Below, piece after piece: positions 38,630 through 47,520 of a stretch of DNA of 64,000 bases (position 1 is its first letter; every line of letters starts with the position of its first letter). The translations under genes were made by a program, and so were the position numbers. The notes beneath the pieces were generated by a model that had not been told where the DNA came from, did no database searches, and saw nothing but the letters and a program-made list of their open reading frames with translations. The DNA comes from a virus, in the IMG/VR virus record IMGVR_UViG_3300042384_000211, positions 76,800-140,799 of that record. One strand, given 5' to 3'.

Positions 38630-38657
38630 GTTCTCAACCTTAATCTATATCTTATAT

Positions 38658-39356
38658 TTAGCTAAGACGATAATACTGCTCGACTCTTTCTAGCCACTTG
38701 GCTGTCCACTTTTCCCATTCTGCGCCTTCAACTGTCCAGGTTTGAAATTGTACTGGTTCGTCGGGCTTAGGCGCCACTGCCATTAGAATAACACCTTGTT
38801 GAATGTCCGTTCCGTGAGTTTCGTTGTGTGCTAATCCATATGCGCATAACTGGAGAAAATAGTCTTCAATCCATTCAGTTTTCTTAGGTTTATTAGTCTG
38901 TTTGTAGTCAATAATAGCTGGTTTTGACTTGTAAACACCGCAGGCATCAGTAGTACCAGCATACAAGCCTTCGACGTATAACGGTACTTCTATGCCCCAC
39001 ATTTCGTCAACGTGTACAAGGCCGTTTTCTACAATACTCTGCGCCATTCTGTGACTTTGTTGGCTAAAAGGATTAGTGCCTGGTTCACCAATAACACGAT
39101 CATTCTTTACATAGTCTTCTAACCACTTGTGCATACGTGTGCCACGGTTAGCGGCTTCTGTGGTAATTTCCTGTGCTCGAGCTTCACCCACTGACCTACG
39201 CCAGTTTTGTAGGGCTTCGACTTTTTCTCGAGGTTTGGTTTTGTCTAAGATTGTAGTAACACTAGGAACTTTGTTACCGCCGGGGGTAGCGTATAAACGC
39301 CGTCCTTCTACGCTTTCACGTAGGATAGGTGTGTAGTTGTATTTTTGTATAAGCAT
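38658..39356 (-). CDS. PD-(D/E)XK exonuclease
   Basis: PSVTTIL, RGTRMH, YAGTTD, IIDYKQ, QLCAY. Confidence 0.9.
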   Translation of the reverse strand: MLIQKYNYTPILRESVEGRRLYATPGGNKVPSVTTILDKTKPREKVEALQNWRRSVGEARAQEITTEAANRGTRMHKWLEDYVKNDRVIGEPGTNPFSQQSHRMAQSIVENGLVHVDEMWGIEVPLYVEGLYAGTTDACGVYKSKPAIIDYKQTNKPKKTEWIEDYFLQLCAYGLAHNETHGTDIQQGVILMAVAPKPDEPVQFQTWTVEGAEWEKWTAKWLERVEQYYRLS

Positions 39357-39362
39357 ATTATT

Positions 39363-39391
39363 AGTATATAGCAGCCATATACTAAAGTCAA
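39363..39391 (-). promoter_or_regulatory. sigma70 promoter, probably leaderless
   Basis: TTGACT-N17-TATACT, ATG 6 nt downstream. Confidence 0.75.
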
Positions 39392-39392
39392 C

Positions 39393-39749
39393 TTATTCCG
39401 AAATATGATCTTTTTTAATTTCTCTTACTGGGTCGTTAAACTGTTCAGCAAGGGCATTTTTAATATCAACTCGCACATATCCAACATCGCGTATGTGTAA
39501 TGCTCTACGCCCAATTTCTTCTAATGGAAGATTGTCTATTTTGGCTTTTTTAAAATCATCTTCTAACGACCAAACATATTCGTGATGTTGGATTAGTTGC
39601 TGTATAAGTGTATGCAGTTTAGATATACCCGTTTCGTCCATTTGCTCACTGTAGAATTTAACTTCTTCGGCATTAGCATCGTTGGTTTTACTGCTTTTAA
39701 CTATAGCAATACAATATCGATCAACTATTTCAATGACTGGGAATTTCAT
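39393..39749 (-). CDS. Hypothetical protein
   Basis: Start MKFPVIEIVDR lies 5 nt after ATAAATA. Confidence 0.7.
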   Translation of the reverse strand: MKFPVIEIVDRYCIAIVKSSKTNDANAEEVKFYSEQMDETGISKLHTLIQQLIQHHEYVWSLEDDFKKAKIDNLPLEEIGRRALHIRDVGYVRVDIKNALAEQFNDPVREIKKDHISE

Positions 39750-39757
39750 ATAGATAT

Positions 39758-40078
39758 TTATACAGTAAAGGACTCTCCACATCCACACCGGGCTGATTCA
39801 TTGGGATTGATGAACTCAAACCCTTCGTTGAGTCCTTTACGTTGATAATCAACTTGCATACCTTCTAGATATACTAGGTCTTTGGTAGAAACAATTACTG
39901 TTACTCCTTGCTGATTAATTTCAATGTCGCCTTCAGTAAGAATATCAGCAAACTCTAAAGTATATGCCATACCGCTACAACCCGTAGTACGAACACCTAC
40001 CCGCATGCCGATACCTTTTCTACGATTGTCTAAGGCGGATTGCATTTTTTCTGCAGCTATTTTAGTTAGTGTGATCAT
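39758..40078 (-). CDS. iscA: Fe-S cluster A-type carrier IscA
   Basis: TTGCSGMAY, NPN...CGCGESF. Confidence 0.95.
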   Translation of the reverse strand: MITLTKIAAEKMQSALDNRRKGIGMRVGVRTTGCSGMAYTLEFADILTEGDIEINQQGVTVIVSTKDLVYLEGMQVDYQRKGLNEGFEFINPNESARCGCGESFTV

Positions 40079-40085
40079 TAATTTT

Positions 40086-40736
40086 TTATTTCCCAGGGTT
40101 TAACTGCCTATAAATATTTAAAACGTGCTGTAATTTACCTGTATCATAGTTCGTAATAGACATAAAATTTGCTATTTTATCAATTAATGTTTGACTATCA
40201 TTTATACTACTAAATTTAATTTCAAGTGTACTATCTTTATGCTTTGGGAGAGAATATACCCAATATGAATATTGATGATTATTAGCTAACCAATTTTGTT
40301 CTCCTGTTGGTATAACAGTGCCAGAGCAAAATTCTTCGTAAGTTGGCCAAGATGATCCTGCCAGTTGAGTATATGTATTTTTATCAGTGAGGTCAATTTT
40401 TGTTTTTTTATTTGCCCGGTAAACCATTTCGTTAATATCGTCCGGTGTAAATGTTATATAAATTACTTTTTTGCCTGTTTCAACTAATAACTCTACATTA
40501 GTAAAATGTCCTATTATAACATCTTTATTTGGTAATTTTTTAATAATTATATCTTGGGGCAAACTCGAATTAACATGTATAAAACCGTGAGCTACCGAAG
40601 AGTGCATTGAGCCGTTTTCGTCGGGATAACTTTCACTATTTCCTAGTAAAATACTGCATAGTGCTCCTATTAAATGCCCTCCGCTTCCCGCAGGAAAGCA
40701 CACAACAATATTTTGGTTTTTCTTATAAGTATTCAT
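40086..40736 (-). CDS. Hypothetical protein, possibly P-loop/sulfotransferase-like
   Basis: CFPAGSGGHLI; AT-rich insertion between iscU and iscA. Confidence 0.55.
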   Translation of the reverse strand: MNTYKKNQNIVVCFPAGSGGHLIGALCSILLGNSESYPDENGSMHSSVAHGFIHVNSSLPQDIIIKKLPNKDVIIGHFTNVELLVETGKKVIYITFTPDDINEMVYRANKKTKIDLTDKNTYTQLAGSSWPTYEEFCSGTVIPTGEQNWLANNHQYSYWVYSLPKHKDSTLEIKFSSINDSQTLIDKIANFMSITNYDTGKLQHVLNIYRQLNPGK

Positions 40737-40753
40737 TTTACTACATTTTATTT

Positions 40754-41026
40754 TTAATTATTTTTCTTACGATAATCCTCTATAGCACTTTTAATAGCGT
40801 CTTCTGCTAGAACACTACAGTGAATCTTAACTGGTGGAAGCGCAAGTTCCTCAGCAATCTCAGAGTTTTTAATCATTTGGGCTTGGTCCAATGTGCGACC
40901 TTTTAGCCATTCAGTGACAAGACTGCTGCTGGCAATTGCACTTCCGCAACCATAAGTTTTGAATTTGGCATCTGTGATGATATTGTTTTCTACTTTTATT
41001 TGAAGTTTCATAACATCACCTGTCAT
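40754..41026 (-). CDS. iscU: IscU C-terminal part (split gene)
   Basis: MTGDVMKLQIKV..KTYGCGSAIASSS..LPPVKIHCSVLAEDAI; ATG overlaps the TGA of the N-terminal part. Confidence 0.9.
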   Translation of the reverse strand: MTGDVMKLQIKVENNIITDAKFKTYGCGSAIASSSLVTEWLKGRTLDQAQMIKNSEIAEELALPPVKIHCSVLAEDAIKSAIEDYRKKNN

Positions 41027-41139
41027 CCGCAAGCTGGGGCACCGACGATTCCGGTCCCAACTTGCGCATTCTCCTTATCTAAAGATCCTACATTTCTTGG
41101 ATTTTCATAATGGTCAAGTACCATTTTTGAATAGCTCAT
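41023..41139 (-). CDS. iscU: IscU N-terminal part (split gene), 38 aa
   Basis: Manual translation MSYSKMVLDHYENPRNVGSLDKENAQVGTGIVGAPACG-stop; AAGGA RBS. Confidence 0.9.
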   Translation of the reverse strand: MSYSKMVLDHYENPRNVGSLDKENAQVGTGIVGAPACG

Positions 41140-41767
41140 ACAACATTTCCTTTGTAATTAAACATTTTGTTCCTTTACTAGAATTTTCTTTAACAGGAAT
41201 AAAGTGTAAATTATATATATGTCCCATAACTTTAGGTGGCACATTATTGTCAAATCCCACTCTTACACTATATTTGTGATCTAAGCTATATCCTATTTTG
41301 CTTCTTTTTTCATAATTCTCTAATACTGATAAATCATTCTTCTCTGACCAATAATGAACTTTACGTCTGTATTTTTTAAATTCTGCATAGGCCAGACTGT
41401 CTGGTGGATAAATTTGTCCTTTTGCAATCCTGGTTGCTCTTGCTTTTCTTTTGCTTTCTTCGGATACAATCCTGCCTGTATTACCTTTGGATATTTTTTG
41501 CTTATGAGATTCAGACATTGTCTTTCCTTCCCAATACCCTCTGGCTAAATTGGCTAAACTATTTGGATGGTTTAAGGACACTCCAAACATAGGATTATTT
41601 TCACCTTGTTTAGCTTCACTTGCTTTTTTACGCCATGCATCTGATCTATTATTAGCTGCCCATCTGCGGGAACAAATAGGCCCGCAAAATCTGCGCCTTA
41701 ATTCTTTTTTTCCTGCTTTGGGTAAAATAAATTTATTACTACAACATTCGCAAATTTTTTCTAGCAT
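41114..41767 (-). mobile_element. Homing endonuclease (Zn finger, NUMOD3, C-terminal HNH) overlapping the iscU start
   Basis: CECC/FCGPIC, SESHKQKIS, YSLDHKYS..HIYNL..IP..EN. Confidence 0.8.
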
Positions 41768-41861
41768 ATAGGATTCTCGTATTGTTCTATTATTTAGTCC
41801 GTTACGAAATTCCATAAGTGTATTACATAGTAACACTATTTATATGGTAGTGTAAATGATT

Positions 41862-42248
41862 TTAAAATAAAGGAGCGCCACGTGTTTTTGCTGCACGTTT
41901 AGCCATATCGTCGACTGTGTCAACTGGGGTATTTAACGTTTCATCATCTACGTTAGTAGTAGTGTCGACTTCATCTGGTTCTTCGTCGCCCCATGGTTGA
42001 AGTTCTACATATTTACGATTGAAGCTTTTGATTAGATTTTTTACTGCTGAGTTTTCTTTGTTAGCTGCTACCAGTGCTTCGTAGTCGAATGTACGATCTG
42101 TATTTAACACCATATTGATTAAACTTTGCGTACCGATCTTTGCCGCAGTCGGTACATCTTTATAGCGATTACGAATAACTGTCAGAGCCGTTAGTAAATT
42201 CGACTCTGGAGTATTAGTAGGACCGTGTGCAAATTCGCTTAAGCGCAT
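41862..42248 (-). CDS. Hypothetical protein, possible head-internal protein
   Basis: MRLSEF N-terminus; late gene cluster. Confidence 0.7.
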   Translation of the reverse strand: MRLSEFAHGPTNTPESNLLTALTVIRNRYKDVPTAAKIGTQSLINMVLNTDRTFDYEALVAANKENSAVKNLIKSFNRKYVELQPWGDEEPDEVDTTTNVDDETLNTPVDTVDDMAKRAAKTRGAPLF

Positions 42249-42931
42249 TAACGTGTTTCACGGCCTAGTTCTTCTGAACCGCCCACTGCGGCATCAGTAG
42301 CCGCAAAGCCGTCAGTATCTTCCGCGTCCAAATCACTCATTGGTGGCATTTCTGCGCCTAGGCCTGCAGTCATGTCAGGTTCGCCACCAAGGTCCATAGG
42401 ACTGTCAACTTGCTCACCGCTTAAGATACGCACACCTGTGTCAACCCCTTCACGTGCTTGTTGTAGGTTTGTCATTAGAGTTGCTAATGTTTCGCCTACT
42501 GCGTTTTTGAATCCGTCAGCTTGTTCACTGCCGATTTGATCACGGATGCTGTCTAACAGTTGTGGTAATTGTTCATTTTGCATTTTACCAACTTTCTCAA
42601 TGGCATCTTGTACGCTATCAACCATATCTTTAGCAGCCAACAATACTTCTGCATTGCTAACTTCACCTTCTATTAGTCGGCGGCGGTTTTCTTGTAGCCA
42701 GGTACTTAAACCTTCTTGAACTGTTAGTAGTTCCATATAACGTGGATTACGTTCTGCTGTGTGGAAATTATTAGTACGACGAATCTTATTAAGATTAGCA
42801 GTAATAGTTTCGCTTAGACGTTTTGCTTTTGCCATTGATAGATTGTTAAAATCAATAGAAAATCCAAATCGACTTTCCATAAATTTGTTAATTCTTTTAG
42901 TAGATGTCAACGACATTTCTGAGAGTTTCAT
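42248..42931 (-). CDS. Hypothetical protein, possible head/scaffold protein
   Basis: MKLSEM N-terminus, LIEGE site, acidic tail. Confidence 0.7.
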   Translation of the reverse strand: MKLSEMSLTSTKRINKFMESRFGFSIDFNNLSMAKAKRLSETITANLNKIRRTNNFHTAERNPRYMELLTVQEGLSTWLQENRRRLIEGEVSNAEVLLAAKDMVDSVQDAIEKVGKMQNEQLPQLLDSIRDQIGSEQADGFKNAVGETLATLMTNLQQAREGVDTGVRILSGEQVDSPMDLGGEPDMTAGLGAEMPPMSDLDAEDTDGFAATDAAVGGSEELGRETR

Positions 42932-42942
42932 AGTTTTAATTC

Positions 42943-43434
42943 CTAAACTTTAATATATTTAGCCAAGTTTTGACTTTTCTTTAATTGTTGCTTAGTCTGC
43001 TCGATGCGAGACATTGTTTCAGTATATTTACTGCTGTATAACCGTAAATCCCAATCATCGTTGGCTTCTTTAGCTTTTTTAAAACGATGTCTGTAAAGTA
43101 TAGCTTCAAAATCCAATCGACTTAATAGGTCATCACCTTCTTTAATTTCTTTAGCTAATACATAATCTTTTTTGTGCATAGCAATACAATAAAATATTGC
43201 ATCTTTTCGTGTAAAAAAATCAAATATCTGTTGATCATTTTCAGTAACCTGCCAACATTTGTCATTGAATTTTTGTATCTTGTATTTATTTCCTACAATT
43301 AATAAATTCGAACCAATTTGATAACAAAACGGTAAAGGTTGGTTGACTAAGCGAGATAATTCATTTTCTGTAAATCTACGAATTTTCTCAACATCTATTT
43401 CAACCAATGGTTTTTTTGTAGTAGATTTTGCCAT
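42943..43434 (-). CDS. Hypothetical protein
   Basis: Operon-coupled ORF. Confidence 0.7.
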   Translation of the reverse strand: MAKSTTKKPLVEIDVEKIRRFTENELSRLVNQPLPFCYQIGSNLLIVGNKYKIQKFNDKCWQVTENDQQIFDFFTRKDAIFYCIAMHKKDYVLAKEIKEGDDLLSRLDFEAILYRHRFKKAKEANDDWDLRLYSSKYTETMSRIEQTKQQLKKSQNLAKYIKV

Positions 43435-43609
43435 CTTGATTAGTACGTAAGAGTACGTCCTTGACTGTTAATTGATTAGCCAATAGTTGTTGTCTCTCAT
43501 CAAGTTGGCTTTTTGCAACGGGGCTATCACCTTCAAAATGAGCTAATAGCTCGTGTTCTTCGTTGGTGATAGGTAATAATATGTTATTTGTTAGTTCTAC
43601 GATTTTCAT
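43400..43609 (-). CDS. Hypothetical protein
   Basis: MKIVEL start; CTAAATA upstream. Confidence 0.7.
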   Translation of the reverse strand: MKIVELTNNILLPITNEEHELLAHFEGDSPVAKSQLDERQQLLANQLTVKDVLLRTNQDGKIYYKKTIG

Positions 43610-43638
43610 ACTGTTAACCTAAGTGTAACAGTATTTAG

Positions 43639-43902
43639 TTAATTGAAAAGACCTTTAGTGATAAATCCAATTAGGCCTGCGGCTAGTACACCAATGACTG
43701 TGGTGAATATACTGATAGTCTGTTTGTTTTGTCCTTCGACTTTAGATGCAAGACTGTTCTTGATGTCTACCATATGTAGCTCAAGTTTGTCTAAACGGTG
43801 CTCTAAATTATCTATTTTAGTTTCCAAGTTATTGTACCTTATGGCACATAATTCAACGTGGGCTTCTAAACTTTCTTTCTCAATATCTGTAGGTGTAGAC
43901 AT
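43639..43902 (-). CDS. Coiled-coil plus C-terminal TM protein (XhlA/holin-like architecture)
   Basis: Heptad LETKIDNLEHRLDKLE followed by hydrophobic IFTTVIGVLAAGLIGFI. Confidence 0.55.
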   Translation of the reverse strand: MSTPTDIEKESLEAHVELCAIRYNNLETKIDNLEHRLDKLELHMVDIKNSLASKVEGQNKQTISIFTTVIGVLAAGLIGFITKGLFN

Positions 43903-43998
43903 AATCGCTTTTCCTGTTAGCGATGCTGTTTTATGAGCCTTGATAGTTTGCCTGTTGTGTGCCTTAATATGTGATGATTAGCATCAAATAATATTTAT

Positions 43999-44430
43999 TC
44001 AATTCGATAGAGTTTTAAAGTATATGTTATTATCTGGTCCACTGGAATAAAATATAGGTTGCAGAAAGTCAGTTGTTTCTGTCAGTCCTGCTATAATAGG
44101 AGTCAATTTAAAATCACTACGCAGTAGGCCAAAAATGTCCGGACCTTTAGTATAAATGTCCTTGTAATCAACTCCCACTACAAAGGTCCATATTTTATGC
44201 ACTCCGGTATAGCTAATTCCAAATTGATAATTTTTAATATCGTCAACAATTATGTCTGTTTTAACTATATTAGGTTGTGTGCGCAGACTAAGAATCTGTA
44301 AGGTTGTTTCCCAGTTGCGTTGTTGATTTCGTTCAATTTCTTTTTTAACAGAATGTACAGTTTGCCCTGTCGGAGTTATGTCTACTAGAGTATAACCTTG
44401 ATATAAATGTAATTGATTAGTCACATTCAT
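43999..44430 (-). CDS. Hypothetical protein
   Basis: TLVDIT..RNQQRNWET..Q..SLR; start 44430 (ATG) or 44424 (GTG). Confidence 0.7.
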   Translation of the reverse strand: MNVTNQLHLYQGYTLVDITPTGQTVHSVKKEIERNQQRNWETTLQILSLRTQPNIVKTDIIVDDIKNYQFGISYTGVHKIWTFVVGVDYKDIYTKGPDIFGLLRSDFKLTPIIAGLTETTDFLQPIFYSSGPDNNIYFKTLSN

Positions 44431-44443
44431 ATTTATAGACAAT

Positions 44444-44471
44444 AAAAAAGGCACTGTTAAAAGTGCCTTTT
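44444..44471. terminator. Intrinsic terminator
   Basis: AAAAGGCACT-GTTAAA-AGTGCCTTTT. Confidence 0.85.
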
Positions 44472-44493
44472 AGTTTTAACTAACTAATTTAAC

Positions 44494-44829
44494 TTAGTAT
44501 GTAAATGCAACTACAGTTGTACCGCTTACGCCTGAACCGTTAACTGCTGTGTTGCAGTAGCCTTGTAGGCTGTTTGCACCAGCTGAAGCAGCAGGAGCTG
44601 CACCAGTGATAGCTACACGGAAAGCACCTGCTGCCGGTGTACCTAATAGTTCAATTGAACCAACTTGGCTAATTGCACGTACTAATTTTTCAAAGTCACT
44701 GTCTACAGCTGCATAACCAGTATGAACATCAGATAATGAAACTGTGTAGTGTGTTAAAGTACGACCTGTAATGCTTACGTTACCGCTGTCTGTTGGACGA
44801 GCCCAACCATTTGTTCTTGTTATTGCCAT
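44494..44829 (-). CDS. Probable abundant virion (decoration-like) protein
   Basis: Own late promoter, 5' GAAA-loop hairpin, AGGAG RBS, own terminator, Ala/Gly/Thr-rich. Confidence 0.6.
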   Translation of the reverse strand: MAITRTNGWARPTDSGNVSITGRTLTHYTVSLSDVHTGYAAVDSDFEKLVRAISQVGSIELLGTPAAGAFRVAITGAAPAASAGANSLQGYCNTAVNGSGVSGTTVVAFTY

Positions 44830-44875
44830 TTTATTTCTCCTAATATGTTTACGCTTTCGCGCATACTTTTATTTA

Positions 44876-46117
44876 TCATCTTGACGAGAAATTAATCCTA
44901 GAGAACTCCAAACGATCAACTAATTTAACCGCGCCGCCAGCGTGCCCAATGGCCACAAAACCTTCTGGTGCTGTTACTTTATAACCGTCATTGGTTTTTT
45001 GAAATGTACCGATACCTTCAACTTTGGTCAATTTAGCTAATAGTATACGTTTAAGTTCTATAATACGTTTATACACTGCTAATATACCCAACAATGCATT
45101 GCTGTTGTCTGCTATCCATTGTTCTTTCTCTTTGATCTTAGCTATGCGCCCTTGTGCGGCACGTCCTTCAATGCCACCCGACAGTGTTTCGATGTCTTTC
45201 ATTAACTCAGTTGTGTAATGTGTTACAAACTGTTTTAGGAATTGTGTTGGATCTGTGACCTGTGAACCTTGACGTACCATTTGATTTATGTACGGTTTAA
45301 TATTACGAGCAAATTCTTTATTAGTTAAAATTATATCAAATCGCTGTTGTCCTACTTTATTCATAGTGTCAGCAGTTGTTTGTAGATATTGTTGTATATT
45401 GGTGTTTTCACTAGGAGTTAGACTAGCAACACCAGTATAATCTTTGTAAGTAGCATCATCAAACCATACGTTAGTGTTTGGTGCAAATGATCCAACGTTT
45501 ACACCAAATGATGCCTGCATAGTAGCTATACTATCTCCGTCGTAGCTAGTATGAAATACAATACCAATTTTAGCACGTGATATACGTTGACCTAGATTGC
45601 TGTTTACTGGTACAGCATAGGTAATAGTGTTGGGCGTAAATACATAACAAAGTTCGTTATCGATTTCAACCGTGGTAACATCACCTTCTGTAAACATTAG
45701 GTCACCTTGTACTACTCCGCCAATGCCCAATTTAGACAAGTATTTCAATGCCTGTGATAACTTGTTAGCCAGCTCTGGTTTGTCACCATAAAAGTCTAAA
45801 ATATCTTCTTGGTCTTTGCATATTTTAGGTTGAGCTTTAGCAAAAACGCTTTTGGTGCCTACGAAAAATTTACTATCTGCAGGATCGATGCCGCAGATGA
45901 TTGCAGGACTACCGTCCCACTTGACTGTTAATTGAGTTGTTGTTCCTACACCGTCAGCTAGCATTTGACGTAGACTTTCTACATAATCTAACGCAGCTTG
46001 GGCTCCTGCATACCCACTGTTAAAGATTAAATCTTCGAGATGTTCCAGGTGTGTATTTTTGGCTGATTCAGTCAGCATCCACGGAGCAGGTTGATTTTTT
46101 ACTTCAAATAGTTTCAT
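44876..46117 (-). CDS. DUF6267-like protein with ligase-type nucleotidyltransferase motifs
   Basis: KNTHLEHLED, TVKWDGSP (KxDG), QGDLMF, PEGFVA, VKLVDR. Confidence 0.7.
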   Translation of the reverse strand: MKLFEVKNQPAPWMLTESAKNTHLEHLEDLIFNSGYAGAQAALDYVESLRQMLADGVGTTTQLTVKWDGSPAIICGIDPADSKFFVGTKSVFAKAQPKICKDQEDILDFYGDKPELANKLSQALKYLSKLGIGGVVQGDLMFTEGDVTTVEIDNELCYVFTPNTITYAVPVNSNLGQRISRAKIGIVFHTSYDGDSIATMQASFGVNVGSFAPNTNVWFDDATYKDYTGVASLTPSENTNIQQYLQTTADTMNKVGQQRFDIILTNKEFARNIKPYINQMVRQGSQVTDPTQFLKQFVTHYTTELMKDIETLSGGIEGRAAQGRIAKIKEKEQWIADNSNALLGILAVYKRIIELKRILLAKLTKVEGIGTFQKTNDGYKVTAPEGFVAIGHAGGAVKLVDRLEFSRINFSSR

Positions 46118-47259
46118 TAGACAGCTACCGATGGGTTAGTTATTGTGTTAGCAGCCATTTGCGCATTTTGTCGGTTTATGGTATATTTGCGTTCAAGCCA
46201 AGCCAGAGCTTTTGGATCTTTAACCACACTATTGCCATCTGCTCCGTACCAATTTCCGTCTTGTTCGTTTTTAGTGACAATATCGCCTGAGTTTAATTTA
46301 ATCTGATTAGGTTGTAGTCCTTGTGGTTTAGGACGCCCGTCTGGGTAAGCCACCCTGCCTGTAAGTTTGTCATATTGCACCTGAAGTTCCTTAGCACGTT
46401 CTGGTTTAATCTTTTCACCTGTGTGGTCATCTCTCCAACTACCGTCTTGGAATCTGCGATAGGTGTACGTGCCAGATGCTCCGATTGCAGTAAGTTTACT
46501 ACTACTAGAATCCCACGACCATTGATCAGGTTGTACTTGTAATTGATATCCATCTACTGGAATGTTTAACTCTGCTATTTTTTTAGCAATTTCTTTTATC
46601 TTGGCATCACGTTTAGTTTTGTCAGCATATAAGCCAGTTTGCGGAATAGCTTTGGCAATTTCAGCCATAGAACTTTTTCTATTTTGTTTAGCACGTTGTA
46701 TTAGTACATCAACAATACGATTATCTTTAGATACTGTATTAGCCATTGTTCCAGCAGGTGCTTGATATCCAGCTACACGCACACCAGACTGGGCTAGTCT
46801 TGAAGCAACATACTCAGCACCCTCTGCAGGTGCTCTATTTTTAACTAATAATTTTTGAATTTCAGCTAATGAAATTGCCGGTACGGCTTCTTCTGCTTCT
46901 GCTACTTGACTCTTAGACCAATTACTGAATGACGACTTAGCCGCAGGCGCAGTTTGCGCTGTTGCCTGACGCTGTTTAATTAAATTTAATGCATCTGCTA
47001 GAGTTTTATCTAAGGCAGCTTTAATTTTAGGATCGTTAGTTAGTGCTTGTTCACCTTGTGCATTACTATATGCGGCTGTTTTACGAATATCATTATAACC
47101 AGCTTGTTGTTTTGCTTTGTTTAGCACACCTTTCATTTGATTAGCTGCGCCGGGCGCAACTACATCACCTAGACCTTTAGCAACCCCACCAGCTACTGCG
47201 CCAGCCATACTACCCAAAGTGCCTAATACACCTTCGTTTAATACTTCTTTAATCTTCAT
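46117..47259 (-). CDS. Hypothetical protein, possible head-internal protein
   Basis: MKIKEVLNEG N-terminus, Ala/Gly-rich. Confidence 0.7.
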   Translation of the reverse strand: MKIKEVLNEGVLGTLGSMAGAVAGGVAKGLGDVVAPGAANQMKGVLNKAKQQAGYNDIRKTAAYSNAQGEQALTNDPKIKAALDKTLADALNLIKQRQATAQTAPAAKSSFSNWSKSQVAEAEEAVPAISLAEIQKLLVKNRAPAEGAEYVASRLAQSGVRVAGYQAPAGTMANTVSKDNRIVDVLIQRAKQNRKSSMAEIAKAIPQTGLYADKTKRDAKIKEIAKKIAELNIPVDGYQLQVQPDQWSWDSSSSKLTAIGASGTYTYRRFQDGSWRDDHTGEKIKPERAKELQVQYDKLTGRVAYPDGRPKPQGLQPNQIKLNSGDIVTKNEQDGNWYGADGNSVVKDPKALAWLERKYTINRQNAQMAANTITNPSVAV

Positions 47260-47497
47260 CTTTCATTTTCCTAATGCCGCGGCTAAATTTCAGTGGGTCC
47301 TGCCCTTTAATTGCGTTCAATAGTCGACGTTCTAATTCGCCTGCTTGCTCGGCATCGTAGTTTTCACGAATGTGATTGATAAGGTTAATAGCACCGTTGA
47401 TAATGTTATTGGCGCGAGATTCTATGAGATTGGCCTTATCCTTATGTACCAGTAGCTCGTCAAGCTCTGTTAGAATACTGCGGGTGCGTTTTTGCAA
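47249..47497 (-). CDS. Hypothetical protein
   Basis: TTG start with GGAG RBS, late promoter upstream. Confidence 0.7.
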   Translation of the reverse strand: MQKRTRSILTELDELLVHKDKANLIESRANNIINGAINLINHIRENYDAEQAGELERRLLNAIKGQDPLKFSRGIRKMKDED

Positions 47498-47520
47498 GGT
47501 CTTACTCCAATTTAGTATAT

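Noticed and set aside
38658-39356. Cas4 as part of a CRISPR system
   Set aside because: No Fe-S cysteine set, no other cas genes and no array; it fits an ordinary phage PD-(D/E)XK exonuclease
41009-41028. Selenocysteine or simple TGA read-through in iscU
   Set aside because: Read-through stays in the wrong frame (CAG GTG ATG TTA TGA) and stops four codons later; the C-terminal half is in another frame
41021-41028. Self-splicing intron in iscU
   Set aside because: The insertion is only 8 nt, too short for a group I or II intron
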